Source of the DNA: the human T2T-CHM13v2.0 reference genome, Homo sapiens
Length of the DNA stretch: 64,000 nucleotides
Assembly (NCBI RefSeq): GCF_009914755.1
Contig: NC_060927.1
Direction: 5' to 3' (one strand)
The notes beneath the pieces are model-generated. The model made no database searches. It saw only the letters and a list, made by a program, of their open reading frames with translations, and had not been told where the DNA came from. Shown piece by piece: positions 61,545-64,000 of this stretch; within the stretch, counting starts at the first letter, position 1; the number at the start of each line of letters is the position of its first letter. A program made the position numbers and the translations under genes.

Positions 61545-61723
61545 ATTTTAACATTTTATTTTGAAATAATTATTTTGAAATAGGTTCATAGGAACATGCA
61601 AAGGCAGGACAGAGAAGTCCTGTGTCCCCTTTCCTCGATTCTTTCAATGGTTACATCTTATGTAACTGTAGTAAAATATAGAACCAAGAAATTGACGTTA
61701 GGACAATGTATGTGTGTAGTTTG
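61545..61723 (-). mobile_element. L1MC-type 3' fragment with a perfect 12-bp TSD
   Basis: 'ttttattttgaaataatt...cagagaagtcctgtgtcccctt...aatggttacatcttatgtaactgtag'; TSD ccctttgaattt at 61533-61544 and 61724-61735. Confidence 0.8.
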
Positions 61724-62979
61724 CCCTTTGAATTTTCATTTCGCATTTCTGTGAGAAAGCAGGGAAAATGGCTTCAGAAAAGATAGTTCAAAGGCCACTC
61801 CCCAGAGAGGCATTGACCTGAGATCCACTGGAGTCGGGGTATCTCAGCCCCTCACAGCCACAAAAGGCCCCTGCAGAGATGCGCAAGGGGGCTTGAAGAT
61901 TGTCCAGGCCCTCCACCACCAGGCAAGCGGAAATGCAAGTGTAGAGGAAGAAGGGCATTTTGGACCTTCAGATTTATGTGCAGGTTTCACAAACCCCGAC
62001 TCTGTTTGCTTTTCTTCTCACTCGGAGATTACTCATGCTTCAGGACATAATTCTTCAATGAATCCCCAATCTGAGGCTGAGCTTGGTGCCTTCTGATAGG
62101 CTCACATAACTGTATTCCAAGGGTCCAATCCACATTTATGAGAAGGAACAAAGGTAGAGACAAGTGCAGCTAAGACACCCACCACATAGCTCTGTTTATG
62201 AAGCTGCAAATAACCCACTTACTGAGGTGTCGGCAATGGTATTTTATAGGGGTTTAGAACACCTCATAAAGGCCTTTTATTCAGCATGCTTAATTTTAAA
62301 TAGGTCCTTAAATTGTAGGGTATCTAAATGCCAGTGTTCTTTGAATATTTATGTCCTTTCTTCAAGGAGAAAAATAACAGAAATGGCCAAGACAAGGTGA
62401 AAGACTAGGCCACCATTTCCAGCTGCTTCAAAGGGAATGGTTTAGGAATAATGGGAGGGAGGTTTCTCTCTTATTAGCAGGGCTGGGAGAGGGATGTGGC
62501 AATTAAGAATTCTCTGGCATCTGTGTGCTGAGATTTGGATGGACAAACCTCATCCTGCAATTAGCATGGTAGCTAGTGTGCGAGCAGGCCACCCCACGGA
62601 ACAGGTATATGGGTTACCACCAAAGAGCCAGCATGTACTGAGGGCCTGCTATCTGCCAGACTCCTTTCAGAACTTAATTTGATCCTCACTGCAACCAAAT
62701 TGGACAAATACTTTGTCACTCCAGAGAGGACAAAAGTGAGGATCAATAAGGTAAGCAACAGGTTCAAAGACTTAGGACTAGTAAGCAGTGGAACCAGAAT
62801 TTAATTTCTGTTTGCCCTTGGGGATTTGCTTCCCAAGCTTCTCCATTGTAAAATGAAGATGAATAGTAAAGCAACAACCTGGGTGACAACCAAATGAGAT
62901 CATCACCATAAATATAGCCCAGTGCCAAATATATAGTGCTTGATCAATGCTAACGTCCATCATTGTATTTTTATTAAAA

Positions 62980-63225
62980 AGCACTTGTAGAGTACTTACT
63001 ATATGCTAGACTCTCTTCCAACCACTCGGCAAGTCTTAACACATTTGATCGTCAGAACAACCCCAAGAGGTGGGATCTTTATCATCTTACAGATGGGGAG
63101 TGGAGGTACAGAGAGATTAACTGAATCATCCAAGGTCACAGTGAGGCAGTGGCACAGCTGGGGCTCAATCCAAGGCGGTCTGCCTACACAGCCTCTGCTG
63201 TGAACCACTATTCTGCATTGCCTCT
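62980..63225 (-). mobile_element. MIR, near full length (other MIR pieces at about 62630-62960)
   Basis: 'atcttacagatggggagtggaggtacagagagattaactgaatcatccaaggtcacag'. Confidence 0.8.
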
Positions 63226-63291
63226 GTTAGGTTTCCTCCCTGTGGAATCACTGTGAGTATTGGTGGTCTACAAACACTGCTGGGTCTAGAC

Positions 63292-63475
63292 CAGGGGTTT
63301 TCACAGATGAGTATGTATTGGTATCATCTGGAGGGTTGTTATCATATAGATTGCTGGGCCCCACCCTAGAGGCCCTGGTTTGGTGGGTCTAGGGTGAGCT
63401 GAGAATGTGAATGTCTAGCAAGTTTCCCAGTGCTGCTGGTGCTGCTTGTCTGGGACCACACTTGGAGAGCTATAG
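63292..63475 (-). mobile_element. MER5A (hAT-Charlie)
   Basis: 'catctggagggttgtt...agattgctgggccccaccctagag...caagtttcccagtgctgctggtgctgcttgtctgggaccacac'. Confidence 0.85.
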
Positions 63476-63656
63476 GTACAAAGCACAGGCCAGGCTTGCC
63501 CTCTCCTACATCCAGCCAGGATGGGCTGTAATAGTCTCTCTCAGCTCTCTGCCCATTCATGCTTTTCCAGGACTCATACTGAAGTCGGGTTCCACTTCCT
63601 CCTTAGTGTTTGTCTGATAAATTCTGTTTTCCCTTTCTTCTTGATTCTATAGTCAG

Positions 63657-64000
63657 TGCTGTGGTTTGGATATGGTTTGGCCCCATCAAAATTCATGAGA
63701 GATTTAATTGTCAGTGTAACAGTATTGGGAGGTGGTGGTTTTAAGAGGTGATTAGATGGTCAAAATGAATTCATCTCTTTCTCAGAGGCTGGGATAGGTC
63801 CCATGGGAATGGATTGGTTCTTGTGGGAGTGGGTTGTTGTCATGACTTTGCCTCTTGAGTTTGGTCTCTCTCTCCTGCACTCTCCTGGCCTTCCCCTTTT
63901 CCATCATGTTGTGATGTGGCACAAGGCTCTCACCAAAAGCTCACCAGAGGCCGGGGCCATGCTTCTTGGACTTTTAGGCCTCCAGAATTGTGAGCCAAAT
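63657..64000 (+). mobile_element. MST-family MaLR LTR (truncated by window end)
   Basis: Starts 'tgctgtggtttggatatggtttggcccc'; 'ccatgcttcttggacttttaggcctccagaattgtgagccaaat'. Confidence 0.85.

Noticed and set aside
61866-61890. 'ggcccctgc...gcgcaagg' resembling U6 snRNA
   Set aside because: Only a short broken match; the rest of U6 is absent.

Overview
Primate, most likely human, euchromatic DNA, judged from AluJ/AluS, L1PA/L1PB/L1M, L2, MIR, MaLR/ERVL LTRs and hAT/Tigger relics. I find no credible protein-coding exon, tRNA, rRNA or CRISPR array. The listed ORFs read as chance or repeat-derived. The one clear functional landmark is a CpG island at about 10850-11560. It carries a cluster of GC boxes, a GTCACGTG E-box and a strong minus-strand splice donor (CAG|GTAAGC at 11141/11140). 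This is the promoter and non-coding first exon of a gene transcribed leftwards, so 1-11140 is its first intron and 11560-64000 is about 52 kb of repeat-rich upstream DNA. I cannot identify the gene from sequence; NMNAT3 is an unverified recollection only. Items worth a second look: candidate cryptic exons on both strands at 6.0-6.75 kb, a 58-bp tandem duplication, nested transposon stacks with readable target-site duplications (TSDs), a POU double-octamer near-palindrome, and a few CpG-retaining enhancer-like patches. I did not find a new biological system. Repeat subfamily names were assigned by eye from remembered consensus sequences, and boundaries of old repeats are approximate.
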